A stretch of DNA of 64,000 bases from IMG/VR virus record IMGVR_UViG_3300042477_000769. One strand, 5' to 3'. Every line of letters starts with the position of its first letter. Within the stretch, counting starts at the first letter, position 1. Both the position numbers and the translations under genes were made by a program. The notes below the pieces were generated by a model. That model worked only from the letters and a program-made list of their open reading frames with translations, was not told the DNA's origin and did no database searches. Shown here piece by piece: positions 48,355 through 59,100 of the stretch. The DNA is from a virus. Its lineage: Duplodnaviria > Caudoviricetes.

Positions 48355-48676
48355 TTAACCTCTTGACTGTCAATAGCCAGATCCAACCTCTCGGTTAGGT
48401 TAACCTATAATTTTCATTTTATAGGTTTGTCCTATAATTTATACATTAAGTCTTGGTTAAAATTGACCATGGGTGAGGCGCAGGTAATTTACAATTTAGC
48501 AAACTATTTATAAGTTTAAAACAAATAAATGGGTTAAATGAAAATAAAATATGGAACTGAGTCTCGACAAATGAATGGGGTATTTAATAGGGGAAGTAGA
48601 TTAGTACTACTTAACCTATTTTTTGAAATATTTAGTAAAGGTAGAGGGTATATCCTAGGATTAGGTAGTAAACAAT

Positions 48677-49810
48677 ATGATCGAAGTAAAAGAGATGATA
48701 GCTAATGGTTTTGCTATTAAGAAGATAGCAGAAAAATTACATTTACCAGAAGTAGCAGTTAAACAAATAATAGCAGACAATCAATTATCTTTAGTCAAAG
48801 AAACATTTAGCGAACAACATATAGTTACAATTATTCAATTGTATCAAGAAGGAGTATCCATTAAGGCATTAGCAGAAAAGTTTTCCATTGATAAACGAAG
48901 AATAATCAAATGGTTAACTGAGCATCAAATAACGATTCGAACTAGTTCTCAAGCCATTAGAACCACTAATTTTCAAGAAAGTTATTTTGATATCATTGAT
49001 GATGCTAATAAAGCTTATTGGTTAGGATTTTGTTATGCCGATGCTTATAATTGTGATACTAATAACACTTTCATTCTAACGTTGAAGGGAGAAGATTATT
49101 CTCATTTGGTTAAATTAGCAGAATTATTACACTTACCAAGCAGTAAAATTAAAACTAGTAATTTATCGGTCAACCATAAGATTTATCCAATTGCTTCCTT
49201 AAAATTATATAGTAAACATATTTGCCAGCAGATGAGTTCTTTAGGCTGTCCTCGAGCCAAAAGTTTTACTATAACTTTTCCTACTTGGTTAAGAAAAGAG
49301 CTACAAGTAGATTTTATTCGAGGATTATTTGATGGAGATGGGTCTTTGTGCAAAAGAAAATTAAATAATGAATGGAAATGGTCATTAACTACCACTCAAG
49401 AATGTGGAGAAGTAATTAAGAACATAATAATGGAAGAACTAGGATTAACATTAACCCTATATAATATTTCTGAAACTGGAAATAATACTTTTAATTTAGA
49501 GGCGAGTGGTAATAAAAAAGTTTTAACATTAGCTCATTGGTTATATTCGCCATCATCTGACAGCAATAGATTAACTAGAAAATATGACAAATATTTAGAG
49601 TTAAAGAAACAACAATTAAGTCGAACTTTTAGTCGAGATAGTTATAGAGTTTCTCAGACTTCCATTAATAACATTATTAAAGATTTAGAGTTTTTGACTA
49701 TTATGGATATTTCTCACAAATATCGATTGCATCCTCGAACTATTTTAAAAATACAGCGAAAATATGGAGCAGCGATGAAAATTGCTGATAAAAAGCTATC
49801 GGTTATATAG
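48677..49810 (+). CDS. Free-standing LAGLIDADG homing endonuclease with HTH domains
   Basis: KAYWLGFCYAD and DFIRGLFDGDG; paralog of 37600..38460. Confidence 0.88.
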   Translation: MIEVKEMIANGFAIKKIAEKLHLPEVAVKQIIADNQLSLVKETFSEQHIVTIIQLYQEGVSIKALAEKFSIDKRRIIKWLTEHQITIRTSSQAIRTTNFQESYFDIIDDANKAYWLGFCYADAYNCDTNNTFILTLKGEDYSHLVKLAELLHLPSSKIKTSNLSVNHKIYPIASLKLYSKHICQQMSSLGCPRAKSFTITFPTWLRKELQVDFIRGLFDGDGSLCKRKLNNEWKWSLTTTQECGEVIKNIIMEELGLTLTLYNISETGNNTFNLEASGNKKVLTLAHWLYSPSSDSNRLTRKYDKYLELKKQQLSRTFSRDSYRVSQTSINNIIKDLEFLTIMDISHKYRLHPRTILKIQRKYGAAMKIADKKLSVI

Positions 49811-49832
49811 AGGGTAAGAAAAATGAGGATCT

Positions 49833-51218
49833 ATGTGTGGTATTGTATTAAGTAATTTTCTGTCCCTAGAGGAAGTGTCGGATAAATTATCGATTATTTT
49901 GCATCGGGGACCGGATGGTCATCGGGTGGAGACAATTAATAATTTTACTGTTGGACATTGTCGATTGGCCATTCAAGGCAGATCCTCGTCTTATGATCAG
50001 CCGTTTACTAAAAACGGATTAACTATTGCTTATAATGGAGAATTATGGAATAATAGCGTTAATAGTTTATCCCAAGAATTAGGAATTACCGAGGAGGGCA
50101 TTTCAGATACCGAATTATTTTTATTAGGATTTGAGAAATATGGCCCGGCCATTTTTCAGCAGGTAGACGGCGTATTTGGAGTGGCTATTATTTCTGGAGA
50201 CACAGTGTTCGTGGCTCGTGATTATATTGGAGAAATTCCAATTTATTATTATTGGGAAGACCAAAAGTTATTAGTAGCCAGCGAATTAAAGGTATTTGCT
50301 GGATTACCCTTATCCAAAGTCCAGTTATTACTGCCGGGGCATTATTTAAAGATAAATTCTACTCTAGAAGTAGTTAAATACTATTCCTTACCGATGACTG
50401 AAGTGTCAGATTCTAAAGAAGAAATAATCTCTAAATTTAGAGATTATGTAGTACAAGGTGTGCAAAAGAGAATTCCAAAGGAAGTAGATTACACGGTATT
50501 ATTATCTGGAGGAATAGATTCGACTATTATTGCAGCGTGCTTAAAGCAAGTCAATGCTAATTTAGAAGCATTTACCATTCATTTGGATGTTAATAAAGAC
50601 AAAAAAGTAAAGAATAATGATTTATATTTTGCTAGATTAGCGGCGCAGCATTTAGGAATTAAGTTACATGAGGTGATTATTACTGAGGAACAGGTCCTCT
50701 ATTATTTAGAGGAGACCATTAGAGTGATTGAGGATAAGTCATGGACTCAAGTATCTTCTGGATTACCTCATTTATTATTGGGAAAAGCGATTAAGAACAC
50801 TAATTTTAAGGTAGTATTTTCTGGATCTGGGAGTGATGAAATTTTTGGTTCCTATCCGGCGCAAAAAAGATGGCAATGGCAAGATAATCAATATGACAAA
50901 GCCAGGAAAAATTTAGTCTTAAATGTTCATAAAAACAATACTATTAGAGAAAATAAATGTTTAATGGCCTCATCTCTAGAGATTAGGAGTCCCTTTTTGG
51001 ACCAAAAATTTTTAGAATATGCGGTTAATATTCCAATTCAGTATCGATTTGACAATAAAAAAATGAAACCTATGTTGAGATATGCTTTTCAAGACCTCTT
51101 GACTCCGGAGTTAGCCTGGCGAGAAAAAATTTGCGAAGGCGATGGAGTGGGAATCGAAAACATTATTAAAGCTAAAAAAGACGAAATCAAGAGAATTTAT
51201 GACAAAATTTTTATTTAA
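49833..51218 (+). CDS. asnB: AsnB-like Ntn glutamine amidotransferase / ATP pyrophosphatase
   Basis: MCGIV (Cys2), HRGPD, GHCRLAI, YNGE, LLSGGIDS, SGSGSDEIFGSY, RSPFLD, KPMLR; SD GAGG. Confidence 0.85.
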   Translation: MCGIVLSNFLSLEEVSDKLSIILHRGPDGHRVETINNFTVGHCRLAIQGRSSSYDQPFTKNGLTIAYNGELWNNSVNSLSQELGITEEGISDTELFLLGFEKYGPAIFQQVDGVFGVAIISGDTVFVARDYIGEIPIYYYWEDQKLLVASELKVFAGLPLSKVQLLLPGHYLKINSTLEVVKYYSLPMTEVSDSKEEIISKFRDYVVQGVQKRIPKEVDYTVLLSGGIDSTIIAACLKQVNANLEAFTIHLDVNKDKKVKNNDLYFARLAAQHLGIKLHEVIITEEQVLYYLEETIRVIEDKSWTQVSSGLPHLLLGKAIKNTNFKVVFSGSGSDEIFGSYPAQKRWQWQDNQYDKARKNLVLNVHKNNTIRENKCLMASSLEIRSPFLDQKFLEYAVNIPIQYRFDNKKMKPMLRYAFQDLLTPELAWREKICEGDGVGIENIIKAKKDEIKRIYDKIFI

Positions 51219-52473
51219 AGAAGTAAAATTACCAGTCTCTAAGGAGAGACCAGGAAATAAATTAATTGGATTTGATAAATCTTTCTGTGTGAATAGAGAA
51301 TCAGATTATCTTCCCAAGATAGATGTTAAATCCGAGTTATCTAAATTAACCAACATTTTTGATGATCAGGGTTGTTTTATCGAATCCTTGAATCTCAGAA
51401 TTGATTTTAGATTTGGTCAATTTCATAATTTTACGGCTTACAACAGTAAAGATAAATTTCATCAACATTGTGTCAATCAATTAATTTTACAGAATAATGA
51501 GCCCATGTTAGAGCAATGGGTAATTCAAGACCCGGCTCGTAGGCGAAAAATGTGTAAGAATTCTAATTACTTAGAATTATTTGAAGTAGAATCGGTAGAG
51601 GATTTACAGACGCAAATTCGTCGGGCTGTTGAAGGGTTAGAATATATTTATGATGATGACCAGATTCGGGCCGAGTTAAAGACATTAACTACGAATCCTG
51701 GAGCATTTGATAAAAATACCGCCCATAATAAATGTGTATTAACTTATCAGCCTCATTTTTATCGTCGAGAAAATGCTCTGTATAAATCAGATCCGGAATG
51801 GAGAAGACGATTAATTGACAATTGCAAGGCTTTCTTATATAAGAAAGAGCATCAATTAAATGATAAAGAGATGTTACGTCAAATTAAAATAGCAGGTTTA
51901 CATCAAGGTTTTTCTCATCATTCTTCTTTTTGGATTAAAGCCTTCATTGAAAAATATCAAATTACTTCGATTGGGGATCCCTGTTCTGGTTGGGGTCAAA
52001 GATTAATTGGTGCCTCAGGAATTAAATATATCTCTAATGATATTGATCCTGAAACTATTGCCGGACAACAAAAGATTCAATCTTTATTAGGCAGTGATGT
52101 AACTTTTTATTGTCAAGATGCGGCTACTTTTATCCCCGCAGAAGAATATGAGGCGGTATTTACTTGTCCGCCCTATTTTACTACTGAGATATATTTTGGA
52201 GATCATACCTCTACTGCTAAATATCCTAAATTAGAAGATTGGGTGAATCAATGGTGGGGTCAGGTGATTGATCATTGGTGGAAGCCGACCACTAAATACT
52301 TTGCTTTTGTCATTAATAATGAATATAAAGAACAATTGAAGAAAGTGTGTCAAAATAAACACATGAAATTATTAGAAGAGATACCGGTAGGTAAGCCTAA
52401 TAATTTAAACCACTTTCAGCGCACGGCCAAGAACTCATTTAAAGGTGAGTGGTGTGTTATTTTTTCTCGTTGA
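51199..52473 (+). CDS. SAM-dependent amino (N6-adenine/N4-cytosine-type) methyltransferase
   Basis: Motif I IGDPCSGWGQR, SNDID, motif IV FTCPPYF; start placed at ATG 51199 (track ORF starts 51142). Confidence 0.75.
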   Translation: MTKFLFKEVKLPVSKERPGNKLIGFDKSFCVNRESDYLPKIDVKSELSKLTNIFDDQGCFIESLNLRIDFRFGQFHNFTAYNSKDKFHQHCVNQLILQNNEPMLEQWVIQDPARRRKMCKNSNYLELFEVESVEDLQTQIRRAVEGLEYIYDDDQIRAELKTLTTNPGAFDKNTAHNKCVLTYQPHFYRRENALYKSDPEWRRRLIDNCKAFLYKKEHQLNDKEMLRQIKIAGLHQGFSHHSSFWIKAFIEKYQITSIGDPCSGWGQRLIGASGIKYISNDIDPETIAGQQKIQSLLGSDVTFYCQDAATFIPAEEYEAVFTCPPYFTTEIYFGDHTSTAKYPKLEDWVNQWWGQVIDHWWKPTTKYFAFVINNEYKEQLKKVCQNKHMKLLEEIPVGKPNNLNHFQRTAKNSFKGEWCVIFSR

Positions 52474-53689
52474 AATATTGAGAGCTCCAACTTAATAAAT
52501 AGTCTTTATTATTATGTTCTGGATTTTTTAATATTTCTAAATAACATAACTCTAATATTTTTTTGATTATTGGGCCAGGAGGAAGACCAATGTTGATTAA
52601 ATCATCTCCATTAATCAACATTTGTTTTTTAGAAAAAACAGTATTAGAATAGCGATTTAATATGACAGTAGAAATATTCAATGCATTGGTAAATATCAAA
52701 AACTGATTTAAAGTTGATTGATAATCATCAATGGCATGATTTTTTATGCTGGCGATAAAACTGGTATATAAAGATTTGCTGGGTAATTGTGATAAATTTT
52801 TAAATTTTTCTAATAAATTCAACAGAAACACAATTTTCTTTACTTGTTTATTGGAAAATTTTAATCTAATTAATTCAGAATATACTGTGGAACTGGGCGA
52901 CTGATGAAATAATAAAGCTAATTTAGTTTCTAATTCCCCATAACATTGGTCAATATTGATGTTTAGGATTTTATCCTCTGATAACAGAGGAGAGATGAGT
53001 GGTAAAATTTGAGCTTCTAATAAACACTGCAATCCAATACTAGGAGAAGGGGAAACTAATAATTTAGTTAATTCTTGATTTATTCTTTCTATAGAAAGAG
53101 TTGATAACTTATCTCTCATATATTGCATTGAGAGTAGTGTATCTAAATCAATTTCAAAATTAAGTTGAGCGGATAATCTAGCGGCTCGTAAAATTCTTAA
53201 GGCATCTTCATTGAATCTAGTATTAGGATTACCTACACATTTAATTATTTTTCTATCTAAATCCTCTATTCCTTGGAATGGGTCCACTAAATGATTGGTC
53301 AATGGGTCATAGGCGATGGCATTAATAGTAAAATCTCGTCTTCCTAAATCTTGCTCTATTTTTTGCACAAAGAAGACTTGTTCCGGAAATCTATTATTCT
53401 TATATTGACCATCAATTCTAAAAGTGGTTACTTCTAATGATTCTTTTCCAATTAACACAGTCACAGTACCATGTTTAATGCCAGTAGGAATAGTTTTGTC
53501 AAATAACCTAATAATTTGATTAGGCAATGCATCAGTAGCTAAATCCCAATCTTTAGGGGTTAGACCTAATAATAAATCGCGTACACAGCCTCCGACGATG
53601 AAGGCTTGAAATCCGGCCTGGTTTAATTTTTGACATACTTGGATGGCGGCCGGATTTATTAAATTAGGGGAAAATTTTTTATTTAGCAT
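52457..53689 (-). CDS. cca: Class II CCA tRNA nucleotidyltransferase
   Basis: VGGCVRDLLLG..KDWDLAT; EVTTFR; EQDLGRRDFTINA; FNEDALRILRAAR; no HD domain. Confidence 0.92.
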   Translation of the reverse strand: MLNKKFSPNLINPAAIQVCQKLNQAGFQAFIVGGCVRDLLLGLTPKDWDLATDALPNQIIRLFDKTIPTGIKHGTVTVLIGKESLEVTTFRIDGQYKNNRFPEQVFFVQKIEQDLGRRDFTINAIAYDPLTNHLVDPFQGIEDLDRKIIKCVGNPNTRFNEDALRILRAARLSAQLNFEIDLDTLLSMQYMRDKLSTLSIERINQELTKLLVSPSPSIGLQCLLEAQILPLISPLLSEDKILNINIDQCYGELETKLALLFHQSPSSTVYSELIRLKFSNKQVKKIVFLLNLLEKFKNLSQLPSKSLYTSFIASIKNHAIDDYQSTLNQFLIFTNALNISTVILNRYSNTVFSKKQMLINGDDLINIGLPPGPIIKKILELCYLEILKNPEHNNKDYLLSWSSQYFNEKK

Positions 53690-53695
53690 CTGTTA

Positions 53696-53723
53696 ATAAT
53701 AGATATTTTAAAATTATTGTCAA
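53696..53723 (-). promoter_or_regulatory. Sigma-70-type promoter of cca, predicted leaderless
   Basis: Minus strand TTGACA (53723-53718), 16 nt, TATTAT (53701-53696), 6 nt, ATG (53689). Confidence 0.65.
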
Positions 53724-53799
53724 GGCACGGTAAAATAATGAGTCAATATTATCTGATAGATAGATAATATTTGTGCATAAGATAGGTATAGGAATCATC

Positions 53800-54555
53800 A
53801 TGGAATTAAAAACACTATCTGAAATCTATCAGCTTATTTCTAAAGCGATGGAGAAAAACTCCGTTAGAAATAATACAATGATACTGAGAAAGAGAAGTTT
53901 AATTGCTTCATTCGCGGAGACCGCTCCAACTTTGAAAAAAGTTGCTTTTGATACTCGTCGAGTAGATCAAGAAAATACCTATATTTCTAGACGTGGATTA
54001 CAAAATTACCATCGTAGTGAAAAGTTTATTTCAGATAAATTATCTCAACAAATTGAAGCTTTTACCAAATTATCTAAAATTTTAGACACTTTAAAACAAC
54101 AATATAGTAAAAATTACGAATGGAATGATAGCTATACTCGTATCCTACATTCTGCTACTCATAAAGCTTTAAGAACTTTAGAAAAAGATGATGATTTTAG
54201 TGATGCTCAGCCTTCGGTTGGTAATTTAACGTATTTAGAAGAATTAATGTATTTAAGATATCGTTTAACTATTGATGATTTATTAAATATGAGTGATGAG
54301 AATCTAAAAAAGGCTATTTTAGATAAAGATGAGTTTTTGACTAGAAACTTTACTCCCGAAGAAGTAACTATTACTCCGACTGATATAAATAACAATAATT
54401 ACCAAGACATGTTTAATAAAATGATGGCTTTAATGACTCAAGCCTTTCAACAACAGCAACAACAAAGCTTAAAAATTGAAGGAGTGGAGAAAAAATTGGA
54501 AGTCAAACATGGTAATAGCGAAGAAAAAGTAATTAATATTACTATTAAGGTGTAA
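53800..54555 (+). CDS. Hypothetical protein
   Basis: SD AGGA before ATG 53800; LKKVA|F motif. Confidence 0.6.
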   Translation: MELKTLSEIYQLISKAMEKNSVRNNTMILRKRSLIASFAETAPTLKKVAFDTRRVDQENTYISRRGLQNYHRSEKFISDKLSQQIEAFTKLSKILDTLKQQYSKNYEWNDSYTRILHSATHKALRTLEKDDDFSDAQPSVGNLTYLEELMYLRYRLTIDDLLNMSDENLKKAILDKDEFLTRNFTPEEVTITPTDINNNNYQDMFNKMMALMTQAFQQQQQQSLKIEGVEKKLEVKHGNSEEKVINITIKV

Positions 54556-54560
54556 TTTTA

Positions 54561-55157
54561 ATGGATCAGTTTGCCCCGTTCTTAAAAAGAAATGGTTCTT
54601 TTGTGGTCAGAAATATTACTCCTGATCGTCAAAAGACTATTAAAATTTTTAATTATCCTATTTTATTTAATCAAACTAGAGATTTATTACAAATTCCAGG
54701 AGTTTCCGAACAAGATTTAAGAGCTTCCTTATTAAAAGGAGAATTACGTCATAAAATTTTAGCTCAAGATATTGTGGTAGTTGCTAGTGACATTGATTTA
54801 TTACAATTTAATGATGACCAAAAACAATTTTTACGTGATGCTGGCATTATCAATGGTTTACAAGTTGGGGTGCCACAAATTAATTTCTTACGTCAAGAAG
54901 ATGTTCAATTAATTGGAGCAGTTAATAATATTAATACCGTTTATACTATTCCGACAGGTAAGTTTATCCAAGATGCTACTTTTAAGATTATTGTTTATAA
55001 GAACGGTGTGAAGCAGGTGTTTTTAGATGATTATTTTATTGCTGAAAGTGGTGGGCCAGGTACTGGATATGATACTGTAATTTTTACTATTGCTCCAACT
55101 ACTATCCCTGCTCCAGATGATATTTTAACAGCCGATTATTATATAGTAAACGAATAA
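54561..55157 (+). CDS. Hypothetical virion structural protein with beta-sandwich C-terminus
   Basis: NTVYTIPTG..IIVYKNGVKQ..DDYFIAES..VIFTIAP..LTADY. Confidence 0.5.
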   Translation: MDQFAPFLKRNGSFVVRNITPDRQKTIKIFNYPILFNQTRDLLQIPGVSEQDLRASLLKGELRHKILAQDIVVVASDIDLLQFNDDQKQFLRDAGIINGLQVGVPQINFLRQEDVQLIGAVNNINTVYTIPTGKFIQDATFKIIVYKNGVKQVFLDDYFIAESGGPGTGYDTVIFTIAPTTIPAPDDILTADYYIVNE

Positions 55158-56128
55158 TGCTAGCAGACAACGCTTCCCCAGTATCCGAATTTTCGGCAGT
55201 TATCTCTACGCCTCGTAGATTAACGCTAGAGAACGTCTCTCAAAAATTAAAAATTAAACAAATTTCATTAGTGGATTCTATTTTTTTAGGTTTAAAAGTT
55301 AAACATAATTTTCAATGTTTAGCCTGTCACTATCAGTGGACTACTCGTCTGGATGAGGTTTTATACAAATCAGGCTGCCTGAAATGTAGCGGATCGATGC
55401 GAAAAACTCAAGATGAAATAAATGATATTTTAAAGCCTAGGTTTATTGTTGCATTAGAGCAGCACAAAAACAATCAAGATAAAATTAATTTCCAATGTAT
55501 CAAAGAAAATTGTGGGTTTGTTTGGAAATCTTGTGTTGATAAAATTGTCAATGCCAAACATGGTTGTCATAAATGTGCTAATCATCTCAATAGGACTAAA
55601 GAAGAAATTAACGAATTATTGCAATCTAGATCCATTGAATTAATAGATAATCATCAAAAAACGAATGAGCGTCGTTGGTTTAAATGTCATCAATGTCAAC
55701 ATGTCTGGAAAACATTAGTAGCCAATGTTTTGTTTAAAACTGGTTGCCCAGCATGTAAAAATAAAAACGAAAAGTTGTTTAAACAAGAATTATGTCAAAA
55801 TAATTTTAATTTTTATTATCAAGTTAAGCTATCAGATTTAGATACCAGCATTGATAAAAAATATGTAGTAGATTTTTATTTACCAGAATTTAAGACTATT
55901 ATTGAATATAATGGTAAGCAACACTATCAGCCCGTTAAGTTTAATAACATTTCTGACGAACTAGCTATGAAAAATTTTCAACAACAACAAATAAGGGATG
56001 AGTTTGTTAAAAGCTGGTGTAACAATAATAATATCAAATTAATTCAAGTAGATGGTCGTTATATATTCAATAATAAAATAAAAGAATATGTAGCTAAGTT
56101 AGGTAATCAGTTGAGCGGTAATGAGTAA
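55157..56128 (+). CDS. Zinc-ribbon-repeat endonuclease (DUF559/PD-(D/E)xK-like C-terminus)
   Basis: Three FxC..CxxxW......GC..C repeats; [31 protein letters not shown]. Confidence 0.75.
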   Translation: MLADNASPVSEFSAVISTPRRLTLENVSQKLKIKQISLVDSIFLGLKVKHNFQCLACHYQWTTRLDEVLYKSGCLKCSGSMRKTQDEINDILKPRFIVALEQHKNNQDKINFQCIKENCGFVWKSCVDKIVNAKHGCHKCANHLNRTKEEINELLQSRSIELIDNHQKTNERRWFKCHQCQHVWKTLVANVLFKTGCPACKNKNEKLFKQELCQNNFNFYYQVKLSDLDTSIDKKYVVDFYLPEFKTIIEYNGKQHYQPVKFNNISDELAMKNFQQQQIRDEFVKSWCNNNNIKLIQVDGRYIFNNKIKEYVAKLGNQLSGNE

Positions 56129-59100
56129 AATAAATGCCAATCAAATAAAGGGCGTCCCTACTGGCTCCGGAGGCGGAGGAGGCACCGGTCCAACCGGCCC
56201 CCAAGGGCCTCAAGGATCTCCTGGCGCTACTGGACCTCAAGGATTACAAGGTTCTCCCGGTGTTACAGGACCAATTGGGCCTATTGGACCTACTGGCCCT
56301 GCCGGAGGACCTATTGGTCCAACAGGCCCCCAAGGCCCTCAAGGTTCTCCTGGCGTTACTGGACCACAAGGAGCTAATGGTGCTCCAGGAGCTACTGGCC
56401 CTCAAGGTGCGACTGGATTACCTGGACCCACAGGTCCAGCAGGCGCAGCTGGTCAGCCTGGCGCAACAGGTCCTGCAGGAGCCACGGGCCCACAAGGACC
56501 AACTGGAACAATTGGCCCACAAGGACCAACTGGTCCTCAAGGAGCTAATGGTGCTCCGGGCGCTACAGGGCCTCAAGGTGCGACTGGTTTACCAGGGCCT
56601 ACAGGAGCGACTGGCCCAGCTGGAGCCACAGGCCCTCAAGGTGCTACTGGAAGTATTGGTCCACAAGGCCCCACCGGAAGTATTGGATCAACGGGACCTA
56701 CAGGCCCAGCAGGAGCCACTGGTCCAGCCGGAGCTACTGGTCCTCAAGGAGCGACTGGTGTACCAGGACCTACCGGTGCCACAGGACCAGCTGGAGCTAT
56801 AGGTCCACAAGGTCCTACTGGAAGTATTGGCCCACAAGGTCCAACTGGATTACCAGGAACTACTGGAGCGACAGGTCCAGCCGGAGCCACTGGTCCGGCC
56901 GGAGCTACTGGACCTCAAGGCCCAACTGGCTTACCAGGGACTACCGGTGCCACAGGCCCTGCAGGAGCCACTGGCCCACAAGGACCAACAGGATCAATTG
57001 GTCCACAAGGACCGACAGGTAGTATTGGATCAACAGGACCTACTGGTCCAGCTGGAGCGACTGGTGCACCAGGCCCAACTGGTAGTATTGGACCTCAAGG
57101 CCCAACAGGCAGTATTGGACCTCAAGGAGCGACTGGACCACAAGGAGCTACTGGACCACAAGGTATACCAGGTCCTACTGGAGCTACAGGTCCTGCCGGA
57201 GCAATAGGTCCACAAGGACCAACTGGCAGCGTTGGGCCACAAGGACCGACAGGATCTATTGGTTCTACTGGACCAACTGGACCTCAAGGTTCTACAGGAA
57301 GTATTGGGCCTCAAGGCGCAACTGGAAGTATTGGACCACAAGGTCCAACGGGTAGTATTGGAACGACTGGCCCAACTGGACCTCAAGGCCCAACTGGACA
57401 AAGAGGTGCGACTGGTTTACCAGGACCCACAGGAGCTACTGGTCCTGCAGGAGCAGCAGGTCCACAAGGACCTACCGGAAGTATTGGTCCACAAGGCCCA
57501 ACTGGAAGTGTTGGCCCAACTGGATCAATAGGACCTCAAGGACCCACAGGCAGTATTGGACCACAAGGCCCAACGGGCAGTATTGGCCCACAAGGGCCAA
57601 CTGGTCCACAAGGAGCTACAGGATCAATTGGACCACAAGGCCCAACTGGAAGTGTTGGTCCAACTGGATCAATAGGCCCTCAAGGACCTACTGGAAGTAT
57701 TGGACCGCAAGGTCCAACTGGAAGTATTGGTTCTACGGGTCCAACCGGACCACAAGGACCACAAGGGTCACAAGGAGCAACAGGACTACAAGGACCTACC
57801 GGAAGTATTGGACCACAAGGTCCAACTGGTAGTATTGGAACTACAGGGCCAACAGGACCTCAAGGACCAACTGGACAAAGAGGTGCGACTGGATTACCAG
57901 GAACTACTGGTGCAACTGGCCCTGCAGGAGCCACGGGACCACAAGGACCTACTGGAAGTATTGGTCCACAAGGACCGACAGGTAGTATTGGTTCAACTGG
58001 ATCAATAGGTCCACAAGGGCCTACCGGAAGTATTGGTCCACAAGGTCCTACCGGAAGTATTGGTCCACAAGGCCCAACTGGCCCTCAAGGAGCTACAGGA
58101 CAACAAGGAGTAACAGGATTACCAGGACCGACCGGAGCAATTGGTCCTGCAGGAGCCACTGGACCACAAGGATCCACAGGTAGTATAGGCCCACAAGGAC
58201 CTACCGGATCTATTGGTTCAACAGGAGCTACAGGACCACAAGGAGCTACAGGTAGTATTGGGCCTCAAGGACCGACAGGATCAATTGGATCAACTGGACC
58301 TACTGGGCCTCAAGGGCTTCAAGGGGCTACCGGTCCACAAGGATCTACCGGATCAATTGGGCCTCAAGGTCCAACTGGAAGCATTGGTTCTACAGGACCT
58401 CAAGGATCAACTGGACCTCAAGGATCGATCGGGCCTGCAGGAGCTACTGGACCTCAAGGGCCAACAGGATCAATTGGACCACAAGGACCAACAGGCAGCA
58501 TTGGATCGACTGGACCTACTGGTCCACAAGGAGTTCAAGGTGCTACTGGACCAATTGGACCTCAAGGAACTACAGGTCCTCAAGGAGCTACAGGCCCTAT
58601 TGGCCCACAAGGACCAACAGGAGCTATTGGTCCACAAGGGCCTACTGGAAGTATTGGAACTACCGGACCAACTGGGCCTCAAGGACCAACTGGACAAAGA
58701 GGCGCAACTGGTTTGCCTGGCGCTACTGGCCCACAAGGCCCAACAGGCAGTATTGGTTCCACTGGACCAACAGGCCCTCAAGGACCACAAGGTATTCAAG
58801 GCGCTACAGGATCAATTGGACCTCAAGGATCTACTGGTCCTCAAGGCTCTACAGGAAGTATTGGACCACAAGGCCCAACAGGACCTCAAGGCTCTACTGG
58901 AAGTATTGGTCCACAAGGACCGACAGGTAGTATTGGATCTACTGGGCCAACAGGACCGCAAGGGCCTCAAGGCGTTCAAGGACCTACGGGTAGTATTGGT
59001 CCTCAAGGCCCAACAGGCAGTATCGGATCTACAGGCCCAACAGGACCTCAAGGACCACAAGGACCTACAGGCAGTATTGGCCCACAAGGGCCGACAGGTA

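Noticed and set aside
48355-48703. tRNA gene or a 55-aa ORF (ATG 48538) in the intergenic gap
   Set aside because: No cloverleaf or T-loop consensus seen; the ORF lacks an SD, crosses a terminator-like hairpin and overlaps the next gene.
14076-53689. Cooperating CC-adding plus A-adding enzyme pair
   Set aside because: The minus-strand enzyme keeps the flexible loop and EDxxR and looks self-sufficient, while the other has lost EDxxR, which fits neither partial type. Not excluded without assay.
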